Part shown: positions 36,901-50,385 of the stretch, in pieces
Position numbering within the stretch: the stretch's first letter is position 1
Layout: each line of letters starts with the position of its first letter
Source: Asterias rubens
Lineage: Eukaryota
Reading direction: 5' to 3'
Length of the DNA stretch: 64,000 bases
Assembly (NCBI RefSeq): GCF_902459465.1
Contig: NC_047070.1
Location: forward strand, 12,276,001-12,340,000
Notes under the pieces: model-generated
What the model was told of the DNA's origin: nothing
The model's input: only the letters and a program-made list of their open reading frames with translations
Database searches by the model: none
Made by a program: the position numbers and the translations under genes

Positions 36901-37600
36901 CAGTTCCGCAACCATCACACGATTGCCGCAACGATTAATTTCCGGAGGGTCAATCGATTCAGTTTCGGCACGCAATTGGTTCTCGGAGATTTTAAGAAAG
37001 ACTTAATACTCAGGTGAAAAACAAAAGAGCTGGCACTTGACTGGGGTTTACAACTGACACTTCCACCGCTAATCCCTCTCTAATCCCAACCAATCCTCCA
37101 CAGCCAGGAGTACTGGTAACAATGGTTTAGTTTTGGCTAGGTGCGTAACACCCATGTAGTAGCTTTTGTTTAGCATCATGAACGGACAGATTTTGGGGGG
37201 CAAAACACGGCTTTCAACATCTTGTTGTGTAATTCAAGTTGACAAAGTTCGGGATTCTTGATTTTGCGAGGTATGCCTCGCAGGTATTTGATTGAAAATC
37301 ATTATTTATTAAATAAACAAGGCTGTTCCAATTTATAAGTTGGGTGAAATTGAAATTCCCCATTTCGTTTGTTTTTGTCCGGCGACAAACCTTTGGTCAT
37401 ATTATTTAAAATATATAATCTTATTTAATTTGATGTTTGTTATTGAAAAGCAGGTTGTGAAAACCCCTAAAATGATCATACCCCGTACTAAGTAGCAAAA
37501 TCTGATGTGAACCTCTGGTTCATTACACTATTTTTGAGCAGTTCTTTATTGTCACGCACGCCCTGATTGCTGGTCGGGAGGGTTATGAATCGGATCGTAA

Positions 37601-37930
37601 GGGACAGCGCCAAAAATATTTTTATCGGCAGGCCGCCGAGGGGTTAGCAACCCATTAAATTTGGCCTATTGAGTGTCTTATCAGCTGGTGACAATAGACG
37701 GAGAAGAAGCACGGCGCACTGCGGCCGGCCGAGATTGTAAACTGCAGTGGACTGAATCATGAAACTGTATAGAAGGGATGGATGAATAGAGCAAGGCTTG
37801 GTCCTTGCACTATGATTAAATTGACCATTCTTGTTCCCTAAGAGTGTGTTAATTACTGCAAGATTTCGAACTATAAAAACGGTGCTATGAATGTGAAACT
37901 GTTCCGTTTAGAATTTTGTAAAGGATCCAT
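37601..37930. mobile_element. Solitary Zator end (BEN-side terminus, inverted relative to 14340-14713)
   Basis: TAA|GGGACAGCGCCAAAAATATTTTTATCGGC, followed by subterminal sequence matching the reverse complement of 14340-14620. Confidence 0.8.
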
Positions 37931-38229
37931 TTTCTTACCACGAGACAAAGCACAATTGTGACCATCCACCACAAATAGGCTGTAAAGTCGCACTTGCACA
38001 TTGCAGAGCCTATTAAATTGTTTGGGTTTTCAAGAAAACTTTGAGAAATCTGAATAAAAAAATATGTGGCTTTGAGAAATCATAACTTTGTCAAGAAATA
38101 TCTGATTTAAATGTGGATGGTATCATTTTGAAGCTGATTACACACTCTCTCAAAAAATGCATTAATCCCATAACAGTGAAAGTGTCAACTTTACAGCCCA
38201 TTGGTGGTGGATGATCACAATTTATAATT

Positions 38230-39810
38230 TTGTCTAGTCCCTTAATATTTCCCAGTCTATGTTTATTTCCCAGTCCCAGGTTTGTTTCCTCTTCCTGTTT
38301 TGAATTCCCTTAATATTTCCCCGTCCAGGTTTATTTCCCGTCCCAGGTTTATTTCCTCTTTCAATTTTTTTCTCATTCCCTTAATATTTCCCCGTCCATG
38401 TTTATTTCCCAGTCCCAGGTTTGTTTCCTCTTCCTGTTTTGAATTCCCTTAATATTTCCCCGTCCAGGTTTATTTCCCGTCCAAGGTTTATTTCCTCTTT
38501 CCGTTTTTTTCTCATTCCCCTAATACTTTCCCCGTCCCAGGTTTATTTCTTCTTCTCATTTTTTCATTCCCTTAATAATTCCCCGTCCCTTAATATTTCC
38601 CTGTCCCAGGTTTATTTCTTCTTCCCACTTTTTCATTCCCTTAATATTTCCTCATCTATGTTTATTTCCCCGTCCCATGTTTATTTCTTCTTCTCGTTTT
38701 TTTTCATTCCCCTAATATTTCCCCGTCCATGTTTATTTCCCATCAGTTCTTCTTCTCATTTTTTCATTCCCTTAATAATTCCCCGTCCCTTAATATTTCC
38801 CTGTCCCAGGTTTATTTCTTCTTCCCGCTTTTCATTCCCTTAATATTTCCCCATCTATGTTTATTTCCCCGTCCCATGTTTATTTCTTCTTCTCGTTTTT
38901 GTCATTCCCTGAATACTTCCCCGTCAATGTTTATTTCCCCGTCCCAGGTTTATTTCTTTTTTCTTTTTTGTCTCAGTGGATTAATATTTTTCCGTCCCTT
39001 AATATTTCCCTGTCCATGTTCATTTCCCCGTCCCATTTCTTCTTCCCATTTTTGTCTCAGTCGATTAATATTTTCCTGTCCCTTAATATTTCCCCTTCCC
39101 AGTTTTTGTTTTCCCATTCAGGGTTGTTTCTATTTATCTACCCAAAATACACCAGAATGCCCTCATGCCAACAACTCCTGGCATCAAAGGTAAAAATCAC
39201 AAAATTCCCTTAGATGTGCTGCAATTGTAACTATACTGGGGTTCTTACGCAAAATGTTACATTTGTTGTAACTTGATACAAAGTATAACACTTCCACATT
39301 TTTGCTTTGTATGCCCACTGCCCACCTTGACCACACTTAATATTGCCTAGACTCTGCTCATTGGGACAGGGAAATACACATGGGACGGGAAAATATAAAG
39401 GGATGGTGAAATATTAGGGGAGAAAAAAACAGGTAGTAGGAAATTACGGGACTGAGAAAAACTGGGAAGGGAAAATAAACCTGGGATTGGGAAATAAACC
39501 TGGGGCGGAGAATAAACCTGAGACGGGAAATAAACCTGGGAAGGAATAAACCTGGTACGGGAAATGCTAAGGGAGAAAAGAAACAGGAAGTGGAAATAAA
39601 CCTAGGACGGGGAATAAACCTGGGACGGGAACAAACCTGGGACGGGGAAATATTAAGGGACAGAGAAAAAAAGGGGGAAACAACCCAGGACGGCGAAATA
39701 ATTATTATGGGACAGAGGAAAAAAAAAACGGGAAGTGGAAATAAAGTGCGGACGGGGAATAAACCTGGAACGGGAAACAGAGAAAAAAAAACGGGAAACA
39801 ACCCATGACA
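38230..39810. repeat. Minisatellite arrays in inverted orientation (foldback-like)
   Basis: tcccttaatatttccccgtcccaggtttatttc units at 38230-39120, with the reverse complement at 39360-39810. Confidence 0.8.
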
Positions 39811-39819
39811 GCAAAATAT

Positions 39820-40080
39820 TGATGCCATGATGGCAATCAATGCTGAAATCAAATCAGATTTGAAGTGGTGGATTGATAATCTGCACTTGCAAAAAAGACG
39901 CATTGGGCGTACTACAACCCCGACATGATTTTTTCTTCTGATGCTTCTTCTAGAGGTTGGGGAGGTTCCTTAGAAGGGAAAAGATGTGGGGGAAACAGAC
40001 AGACAAGGAAGTAGGACACCATAAAACTATCTAGAAATCTTAGCTGCTTTTTTTTGCACTGAGGTTATTTGCTGCCCACA
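39820..40080 (+). pseudogene. DIRS RNase H fragment
   Basis: SDLKWWIDNL...FSSDASSRGWGG...INYLEILAAFFALR. Confidence 0.75.
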
Positions 40081-41194
40081 TAAAATGTAAACATACCAAA
40101 GTGATTATACTGCTCACAAAAAGTAAGGAAACTTTTTTCAATCCAGTATATTTGTTTTTATTTAATACTCTCTTTGTATATGGTATATATCAATGCAAAG
40201 CTGAACTGTTCCTCTTTAAAATGATACCACAATTGCAATGATTACATGTTGCTGGACTTGAACATGTTAGAAAGAACCAACGAGAAAACCAAGTTTCTGA
40301 TCACAAGCAGTGATGCAAATAATGTGATGCAATCAAGCTAGATGAGTCATATGTCAGCAACTTTATTACGGAGATCGAGTAAAAACTGGACAACAGGGAT
40401 AACATTTTCAACATATTTTTTTTTTGTAGATTCAAGTCCTAAAATGTCTCTATTTTACATTGGTGACTTCCTTTCTGATTAATAACATCATCAAGGGGTT
40501 AAAATTAACATGGTAATAAAGTTTGCTGCTGTACATTGTGAGAGAAAGAAATCAACAAAAGTTTGATTAAATTCACTCATATCACTGTATTCCTCGTTTA
40601 AAAACACTGATAAGTTTATCACCAAAAAGCGGAGATCGCCATTACTGTGTGTACATTGCGCGTGCGAAGCATGGTACATTACCATTACGGTCTGTACTAC
40701 ACAGAGAAACACAGCAACTCGTGCTTCACACGAGTTGAGATGTCAGGCCTTCCGACCTTTGAACCCTTCAGGGGATTTTTGCTATGGGCACCAAGTGCTA
40801 TTTTTAGACTGTTTTCATGTCGAGATTGTGTTCTATCAAAGGCTGTTTGCTGCATGTCAATCGCATGTTTAGAACTAAAATTAGGAATCGTCAAACTTTG
40901 AAAGCATTCGGAGCAGTATTAATAGTAATACGGGCGCCTGTGGGATGCATGTGCTCGCTAAAAAAAGGGTTTAAAGCCATTTCTCTTTGTTTTATTTTCT
41001 CAGATCTCTTGGTGTTTCCCCTTTCACAACTTTTGAACAAAAGGTTATATAAACAGGGAGTTTTCAAAGAAGTAGCTTTTGCTCTTTTCAGATGTACATG
41101 TATAACAAAATAAACAAGAATGGTGTGTTGACAACACAAATGCCCAGCTGAGATTGGAGCTGCTACACCAAGTCTTATTCAAGTTATTGTTTAA

Positions 41195-41250
41195 AGGAAC
41201 ACGTTGCCTTTTTATAGACCAACTCGTCCGATCCAAGGAAACGTGTTCCT
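41195..41250. mobile_element. Tiny TTAA-flanked MITE remnant
   Basis: ttaa|AGGAACACGTTGCCTT...AAGGAAACGTGTTCCT|ttaa. Confidence 0.65.
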
Positions 41251-42802
41251 TTAAGCCGTAGTGAGCTTAATATTTACCTGAGGGGGTCACAAAACATAAG
41301 GCTTTTGGGGGATCCCTAAAGTAATCAACAAACCAAATTTGGAAGAAATACGCCAAATCATTTTTGAGTTATTGCTTGGACAACATTTCTTTTGTTTTAA
41401 CCATAATGAGCTTGATATTTATCTTAAGGGGGTCCAAAAACAATAGGCTTCTGGGGGATCTCATGACCAATCCACAAACCAAGTTTGAAGTTGATACGCC
41501 CAAACCAAGTTTGGAGTTGATACGCCAAGTCCTAATATGTAGACATTAGTTTGTTTTATTTTTAGTACTTGAAGTCTTGTTGTTATTCTATTTTTGACTT
41601 TTGGATTTTATAACTAATTACCAATATGCTAAACAATGGTTGATCTGGTTCAAAACTGCCCATATTTTAGATTGGAGAAGAATTTTTCTTTTGTTGGTTT
41701 TGTTTTATTTAAGTAAACTGTGCCTAAGTAACTATAATTAATGAAAGTTCACACTTCTTAGATCTTATACATTTTAGTTTGGTTTGTTGACTTTTCCAAC
41801 TTGTAACAATTGTCCTATATTAGATAAGTATAGTTTTCTTAGTCGGTGTATTTCACTGTATAAGCTATCAAAGTACACAGGGACCATGTTCTATACCCAG
41901 GGTGGACATTCCATTAGCCTGATACTGAATCAAGGCCTGAAGATTTATTGTTTCTTTTAGTTCTGTGAGCTAGGCTGATGGGGTCCACTGCTAGAAAGTT
42001 AGGTTTTTCTAGTTTGTTTTAGTTAAGTGAATATAAAGTGTGCTTTACATGGAGGAAGGAAATGGATACAGTGTCCGGACTATTTAACTGGGTAATAGGC
42101 CTATTTGATTTAAAGCAATGGCTCAAGCAAATGCCCTGATAATTAAGCGTTTCTTTTGAATGTAAAGATTCATTTCTCTTTTTTATTGTTTGAGAATAAG
42201 TTGTTTGTGTTTCCACTTTTTACTGAGTTGTTTTTATTTTTGTTTTATTTGTTTTTATTCATTTAATCGGATCAATCGGGAACAAGTTGAATAACTAAAT
42301 ATTAATTTCTTATTATGAGGCTTAAGTTTAATTTGATGTTTTTCTTTATAGGATTATAATGTTAGTAAGTGTAAGCTCTTTTGATTTTAGTATAGTTTAA
42401 TAAACTCAGTGCTACTATTCCCATCAATCAAATCGCTGTCTGCTCTCTTTCCTATGGGGCGCCGTTTATGACTTTATTACGAAACCAATATAAATAGAAT
42501 GAACGAGATCAGTATATAGGACAAAATAAAAAATATATAGAACGAAAATAAATATATATAGAACGAAATAAAAATATAGAACAAAATAAAAATATAGAGA
42601 ACGAAATAATATATATATAGTATGAAATAAAAAATATAGAGAATGACAAAATATATAGAATGAAATATATATAGATATAGGACGAAATAAAAAATATAAA
42701 GAACGAAATAATATAGAACGAAATAAAAATATAGAGAACGGAAAAAAATATCATAGTATGACAAAATAAATCAATATATATATATAACGAAATCAATTTT
42801 GT

Positions 42803-43016
42803 TTTGTCCTCGCCACTTTACTCCTATTGGTTCATAGCCACCAATTGTTTCTGAAATAGAAACTTTGATTGGCTGTTATTTTCCCGTTTCTTTCTGGATC
42901 CTTCCCTTAATCCCTTTCCCCTCTCTTTTTCTATAAACGGATTGTATTTGTTTGTACTTGTTTTATGCCTCTGAAGAAGGTTCGGTTTGGATCGAAAGCT
43001 AAGGCCATCTACCCTA
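42803..43016 (+). mobile_element. Penelope-like pseudo-LTR with hammerhead ribozyme (42966-43006)
   Basis: Direct-repeat match to 46492-46709. CTGAAGA...GAAAGCTA core with stem I GCCT/AGGC. Confidence 0.75.
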
Positions 43017-45984
43017 TATTTCCTGTCTGGAAAGTGTGTAAATAATTGATCATGATACCTCATAAGTTTTAAAGACGGCAGATCTTCCAAGATAGAAGTA
43101 TCAAAATTACATTTAAATGATAAACAAAAACATTAGGCCTATACATAAACTTGTTTAAATAGCATTCCCGTTAACAACTTTTGTTCGGTCAAGTAGCTGC
43201 GAGTGTTTACAACTATTGAAAGTTAATACATATGTACTTGAAAATCCTGACAACAAACTTTTCTAATAACTATTACGACGTAAAACCCGACTGTGCCGGT
43301 GTCCACACTAACACCGTCTGCTCTGTTTTCAGGATTCAGTTCAAGTTTTAAGTTACAAATATTGTATGGTAAATGTTTCTTCTCCCGTTGTGCCATGCTG
43401 TTATGTCTGGAAAGTGTGTAAATAATTGATCATGATACCTCATAAGTTCTAAACACGGCAGATCTTCCAAGAAAAGTTTTTCTTCCAGCTGTAAAAAAGC
43501 TAATTCGCTGATTATGGATACAAATCGTAAATAATGGTAAAAAAATCGAACGTAAGATTATCATCCAGAGAGTCCGTGTAACGGAAGCTTGTTCTATGGC
43601 CCCACGGCATGGAGCAATCGGAACGTAAGCCTTGGGGGCATGGACGTACCGCCTTTGCCGTGTCTCGTGGGGGCTGGAGGTGTAATCCCGGGCGCTACTC
43701 CCAGCTTGCGGATCTCCCAGCGTGAGCTTGGGAGGGGTTGGGACATCAAAGTACATGTTTGTCATGGTGGGTTTTTCAGTCAGTACACCTCGCTTGTTGA
43801 ATCCGTTATTTCTAATGATCGCAACGTTCCACGCTCTGTTTTGTTTCCTATTCCTCTCATATTATTTTTGTTAGGAGTTTTATATAATTAAAAAAAAGAT
43901 TGACGTTGTCAAAACGAATATACCGCATTTATAGTTATATAAATGGTCACGTACTGTGTTAATGTGTGTAAAAAAACCTGTTATAAAGCCGAGCCCGTCC
44001 ATTGTAAAAATAAGATCAAACAAAATTCTCTCAAAGTATTATTATTTTGTCAAACAAAATAATATTTTTGAATTCTGTAATGTTAATTTGAAATTTTTGA
44101 GGTAATGATTTTGGCAACTATAATATTATACTCATAATGACTGACAATGAGGTAACTATAGTGTACGTCTTATCCCTCAAGGGACTTGGAGTGACTAGAT
44201 GAGGGATCTATTTCCAGAGGCCACTAGTTACGAATTATGCCAGTCATTATGTGTTTTATAACACCTCGGTCCTTTGTGAAATAAGAACAGAAATCTGGAA
44301 AAGAAAGGAAGTTTTGTAGTTGCTGTTCACGGTTCAAGTCAAGAGAGGGTGCTGTAACCAACCACTATTTTCAAAAAAACACCCAAAAAAAAGCGCGCGC
44401 GATCACTAGATCTAGTACGTGACCATGTTTCAGCCAGCAAGAATACAGAACAAGCACGGTGCATCGCAACATATTGTATGTCGAAGCGCAATAAAGTAAA
44501 ACTCGTGCTGAAAGGAATGAAGGATTGTGTTTTGAAATTCGTGAATACTTGTGAGCGACAAAAGTGTTTAACCAAGCAGGAAATTGATCGCGACTACAGT
44601 ACGTAGTCGTAGCGGCACGATTAATAACCGAGTGAGTTAAATAGCGGTAGTTGCGACTCGACTAAGCAATCAAATGTCGCAGTTTCCCATGAGTTGTTCC
44701 AAAAGATATGGTTACGTTTAAAGCTACGCTTACATTCCAAGATACGCTTACTTTCCTTCCAGTTACGCTATAATTCCATTAAAAGTAACGCTTCAATCGC
44801 GAGTCAAGTTATACTTACGTTCCAAGATACGCAGCAACGCTTACGATGCTTACGATTCGTCCAGTTACCCTTTCATCCCCACTCCATGCCACACTTACCT
44901 GTAGCATAATCGATTCTCCTTCCTTTTTTTTAATTACCATAATATCCTTTAACAATCATCTTTTGTACTATTGTTGCTATTATTTGTTTTTATGCTGATG
45001 TTTTGGTGTGGTAGTTGAAGAAAATACTTGTTTGTTTTATAGTCATAGAGTTCTTCTTGCACCACTTTTGTTATAAATACTATTAATGAACCTATTGCAT
45101 AATTATTTGTCAACCCGGGCGTAATTTACTTCATAGTAGCAGCAATGCCTGCTTCTCAAGGTATTATGGCTTTTGATTTGTAATCTGTTTTAAAAAAACA
45201 TTGGCACCGTGTTCTTGGTTTATTTGATAGTCATGGTTTAGTATTCATAGTTATTGATCTTGAATTTTGCTGGCTGAAGCGAGTTCCCCTAGTGTTTAAT
45301 AGTTGTATTTAAATCATTATTGAAAAGGTTACATAATACTCTGAAAGTTGGATTCCCATACTACACGGTTGTGTTCTTATAACGTATGCTGCATGGCGTG
45401 GTGACCGAAAACAGAAGGAAAAGAAAGGCTTCCATAGTTGTACGTGAAACTCAGCAAGTCTTGAAGCTGCATGCATGCCCTTATTATTTCGTAATTAATT
45501 TCACCTCAAACCAGCCTGAATGTAGTCCCTTTAGTTGCAGTTTGTTCTCCAAAATTGGGAAAAATTCTCTGTGGTTGTGTGATGATCCAAATATCATTGA
45601 AAAATTGTAGTTAACGTGTATGTAGCCATGCGATCGGTAATTCAACGTTTATGCAGTATAAGTAAGTGTGCACGACGACTCTGTTATCTAACGACTTGAT
45701 TTCAAGTCTAGCATACTGGTCCGTCGCGCGGGCGGCGCTTCCTGCTACTATGCTAATGTTCATGCTATTATGCTAATGTTCATGCTATTATGCTAATGTT
45801 GTACAGCTCCGTGGTTGTATAGTGCGGACTGGCCCTTATTTGTCGAAGGGGGCGCTTCGTTCTATATATTTCTGTTTCCTTCTATATATTTCTGATGCGA
45901 TCTAAATGCTAATGTTTCGTTCCATATATTTCTGTTTTGTTCTATTTATTATATTATTTCGTTATATGTATATTTTTTTGGTCG

Positions 45985-46713
45985 CTATCCACTTCAACAG
46001 CCCCCATCATAGTGTCAATGATGTTGAACTTCTGGTGATTGAAGCCTGCAATGGTGATGACACACACCGCAAGCATAGAGAATCACACTGGATTCACCAA
46101 CTCAAGACAGTCAAACCCTTTGGACTAAACATAAACATTGGTGTTAAATAACTACCCATTACCTCCCCCACTTCACTCCTGCCTGAGAACTTATATGTTG
46201 TAATATTCTGTAAATAAAGTATAAATTAAACAATTTTAAGTTGTTCTTATAAATTTGTTACTATAATCTCATGTAAGTAACCCCCCCCCCTTTTTCCCAC
46301 AGGTCCCTCATACCTATTTTTAATACCATCCAACCTTTGATCTTGCTATTCTTATTAATTGACCATTGTTAGTTGCATCATGATGCAACTTGCTCTCTAA
46401 TCCTACCCTTTCATGTCTCCCTGCATTGTTGTCGAACAATACTTTTACCACTTTTATGGTCCAGTAACCCTTCCTTTCATTCTAAACATCCTTTGTCCTC
46501 GCCACTCCACTCCTATTGGTTCATAGCCACCAATATTGTTTCTGAAATAGGAACTTTGATTGGCTGTTATTTTCCCGCTTCTTTCTGGATCCTTTCCTTA
46601 ATCCCTTTCCCCCTCTCTTTTTCTATAAATGGATATGTATTTGTTTGTACTTGTTTTATGCCTCTGAAGAAGGTCCGGATTGGATCGAAAGCTAAGGCCA
46701 TCTACCCTATTCA
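45985..46713 (+). mobile_element. Penelope-like element 3' end: GIY-YIG C-terminus, 3' region and hammerhead (46659-46699)
   Basis: HFNSPHHSVNDVELLVIE...RKHRESHWIHQLKTVKPFGLN is the typical PLE GIY-YIG tail. Confidence 0.85.
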
Positions 46714-46849
46714 TTATATTTATTTCGTTCTATATATATTGGTTTCATTCTATATATTGGTTTCGTAACAAAGTCATAAACGGCGCCCCATATATAGCAT
46801 TGTTTTTTCTCAGAAGTGATTTTGTTAAGGCAGACATCAAAGGAACTAT

Positions 46850-47070
46850 TGAAATTATCAGTTGAAGTACCAGGAGCTCTCTGTTAATATTACCAACAAT
46901 AAGATTACAACCACTGTCACGTTTGATCTCGACAAAAACACATTCAAAGTCTACACACGAAATCATTAGATCATCTCTGGAGCTGAAATTTAGATGATCA
47001 CTGATAAACATGGCAACTCCTCCTCCTGTTTTGTTACTACGTGAAGAATGGACAAGATGGTAATTGTCCA
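46850..47070 (-). pseudogene. LINE (L2/CR1-group) APE endonuclease fragment
   Basis: RSNKTGGGVAMFISDHLNFSSRDDL...FECVFVEI...LIVGNI. Confidence 0.75.
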
Positions 47071-47626
47071 TGTGAACATAAGTGTTTCAAGGTAAAATTG
47101 TTTTAAAGCAATTTTGGCACTATGGAGCTAACTAGACTATTCCTTGCACGGCCGTTTGATGATCGATGAGGATGGTAAAAAAAAAAAAAGCGGACCGTAC
47201 CAGCAATTACTGGAACGACAGAGATAGAAAAAAGCGGAACCCCAAAGAAAACGGCCAAATCGCAGAAAAAAAAGGAAAAACATGGAATTCCACGGAAACG
47301 CGGAAGTCTCACATGCCTGAGTATGGTGAAATCGATGGCTAGATCTTGCTGACAACAAACAATTCTCTCAGTTTTACTAATTACCTAAAAAATCCCAATA
47401 AAAACTCATTATTTTTTACACCAAGGAAGAGGAGAAAAAAAAATTTAAAGTTTAAAGTCTCAATAATTGCCATGTGAACTACTTGCAAATAATGTAAATG
47501 TTTCTTTTATGATAGATAGGTTTTGTACCATCTCATTTAAAAGTTGCAAAGTTAGTTTTCTTGTAAACAATTATTTAAACAAATGAACGGTTAAAAAAAT
47601 AAAGGTATACTTTGCCTGAGTCTTAC

Positions 47627-47701
47627 CATGTCTTGGATATGCTGACAGTGAAGTAATCTCTTTTTGACAGGGAAACTGACCTACATTTTGTGGCAGCAAT
47701 C
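47627..47701 (-). CDS. REC8: REC8 N-terminal exon
   Basis: 75-nt exon (W)IAATKCRSVSLSKRDYFTVSISKT(C), like the WLAAT...KREYL.VNVVKTC motif. It ends in TG and joins T at 34831 to make the conserved Cys in frame. Canonical AG/GT. Confidence 0.85.
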
Positions 47702-48571
47702 CTATTAATAGAAAAAATGATAGCAAAAGTAAGATTTTCACAGAGGTAAAAGTTGGCAATTAGTCTCAAACATACACAAACTTTTGGGATCAAGTTGATC
47801 CTAACCAAATTGAGTTTAAAGTACGTTAACTTTGTTTCTTCATATACTCTAGTTTACTTTTAATTATAGGGCTTTATGGTGTGAAAGCAAACTTTAGCCA
47901 TGAATATACGTCGTCGACTCGGTGTTGTCCAGAAATGTCAGCTCTAGCTGCAGGCTTTTTCACCGGCTACCGAGTCCTTTAAAACAAAATCGTCCAAAGT
48001 TCATAGGTTGCACAAATTAGGGCCTGATCGGCAAATGGTGTTTCTTTAAATTAAGTTCTTGCACTATATCCGAGGACGTAGGGCCTATTGATTGTAAGAA
48101 TTCCTTTTGTAAGTCATTTAGGTTTTTTTTTTTTTTTATAAACTTTGCATTTTCAAAATTCAAGAATGGATGATGTCATCACGACGTTTACAACTTAAAT
48201 GGTTTCCTCTCCTAAAGAATATCTAACTCATTATGAAGTTTGTAGTTATACCAAAATGTGTTCCGGACTGAGTGCCCGAACACTTAAAAAAATATAGCAA
48301 TTCAGTAACAAAAACCAGTGTTCGGCTATCGGTGGGTCAGTGTTTGAATCGATGAAAAGAATAGCTCTCTAAAATGCACAAAAGAAAATCAACATTAAAA
48401 TGTAATTTTGGTGTGATGGTTAAGCATCAAAAGGTGTATACTTTAACATAAAAGCCATTAAAAACACCTTTTCAAGCATTTCTAAAGGCATTTCCGGTTT
48501 AGACAGAAGGTCAAGCAAAGGTCACCGACATATTCATTTTTGTGAAGTACGTGAAGCCCTTTTATTTCATA

Positions 48572-49928
48572 CTAGCGGGATGCCGCGCGAAGCGCGGCAA
48601 CCCCGCTAAAAAGCTTGACGTAAAAATGCTGCAAGTGTAGCGTTGTGTACAGGGGAGGGCTAAAGTGGCTGGGCAGGGTCACAATACAAATCACTGTGGC
48701 AAACAGCCCATCCTAAGTGAAGACGAATCTTAGTGCTTTGTGAAATCGTACACTTGTCCATCTTTTTTCCGTTTCGGCATTGTCGATCCCATCCATATTT
48801 TCCAGTTTCCAGCGGATCCCGATAGTGGTTCTTTCCCAGCATTTATATCCCGTTTTGTTTATTTTGTTCCAGTTCAGTTGATTATTTTCTGTCCTGTGTA
48901 GCTTTCAAACCCCTTTGCTTTTTCCCCCCTCACCAGCCTCGTTAATTTTTTCCCCAGGCTCCCTGTCCCACCGTGTGCCCCTTCCCTATCCTGTCCCATA
49001 TCTAAACCCACGCCCCCGTGCCTCTCCCGTCCATCCCCACGATCCCATGCATTGCAGTGTTCTTTGCTTGCCAATGTTTGCCCATAACTCATATTTTCCA
49101 GTTTCGCGCGGGTCCCGTTTGTGGGGTTTTCCCGTTTTATGGGCTTGATCCCCCCATTCAGTTTAATATTTTCCTGTCCCATGTCCCATACCACGATAGT
49201 CCCTTTTAATTTTGTTCAATACCTACCTATACCCCAGCCCTGTTCATTTTCCCCGTCATTTCTATTTTTGCCGTTCCCCCGTCCCCCGTTCCACAGACGC
49301 ACAACTTTGTGCCCCCACCTCCTATCCACGTCCAAAATCTAACCCGTGCCACCTTCCCGCCATCCCATCCGTGAATTGTTCTTTGCACTTTTTGCCGTCC
49401 CATAATTTTTCCTGTTCCCCGCGGGTCCCACCAGTCAGGTGGTTCTCCGTTTCGTGTATTTTTCTCTGTCCAGTTAATTTTTTCCCTGTCCAATGTCACC
49501 ATTAGTCCCTTTTTTTCTTCCCCTTTCCGTATTATTTGTCTAGCCCTTTTACTAATACTCCCTACATTTTTTGGCGTTCCCCCGCCCTCTTCCAACAGAC
49601 GTAACACTGTATGCCCCTTCCATCTCCCTGTCCACACAACGTGCTCCCCACCAGTCTTCATCCTGTCGTCGTGCTCCCCCCCACCCCATGCATTGTTCTA
49701 TACTGTATGTACGCGCGAAGTTACTGGACGCTCATGCCGTGACTGTGACATCACAAAGGACGCCTGCACTCACGCTCGCGCTTTGACTGTGACGTCACAA
49801 ACAACACATGTCCCAACACGGGTACCCCGAAATTTACCCCAGGACGCATCATTTTAGCAGGGTGCGGGCACCACTTGCCAAACAACAATGGCGGCGCCCA
49901 TGCGATTTAAGCGCTTTTATAATATAGA
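48572..49928 (-). mobile_element. Non-autonomous Helitron
   Basis: 5' TCTATATTATAAAAGCGC, 3' GC-rich hairpin (ccgcgc gaa gcgcgg) plus CTAG, inserted between A and T. Confidence 0.88.
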
Positions 49929-50080
49929 TGATGTAGAGAATATCAATGTGGTTGAGAAAATATGAAATTTTGAAATATTGATGACTTAAGGGAAGACTAA
50001 CTAACCGATTGAGAAATGTATCTTGTTAATGCCTTGAACACATACTGAACAAAAGTTATGATTTATTTAAATATTAACAA

Positions 50081-50156
50081 AAGCCTTTACGACACCCAGT
50101 ATTCCCAGGCGGTCTCCCATCCAAGTACTGAGCGGGCCCGACTATGCTTAACTTCG
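50081..50156 (-). pseudogene. 5S rRNA 3' fragment
   Basis: The reverse complement reads ...GTACTTGGATGGGAGACCGCCTGGGAATACTGGGTGTCGTAAAGGCTT followed by a T-run. The 5' part is missing. Confidence 0.8.
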
Positions 50157-50385
50157 TACCAATCAACGTAACATGGTCGTAGATAAGCCCAAAAATGTAT
50201 TTTTGAAGAAAACATACAATCTGCAAACTTTGACCTTCCCGTACGAACAGAAGGAGGGGTCATATGATTTTGGCATTAACTTTTCAAATGTAGTCCCAGT
50301 CTTGATCTATCAGAAGCTCAAATCTGAATATAAAACCTGTAAAATTCAAAGACTTAATACATGTACAGCAAATAGCAAATGGTCA

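Larger units (their letters stand above)
42453..46792. mobile_element. TIR element with AT-rich subterminal minisatellites, containing Penelope pieces
   Basis: TATGGGGCGCCGTTTATGACTTT(A/G)TTACGAAACCAATAT inverted at both ends. tatatagaacgaaat-type repeats in both arms. Confidence 0.7.

Noticed and set aside
38421-39903. Long Phe/Pro/Ser-rich ORFs
   Set aside because: Translations of minisatellite DNA. The same applies to ORFs in the Helitrons and at 42477-42796
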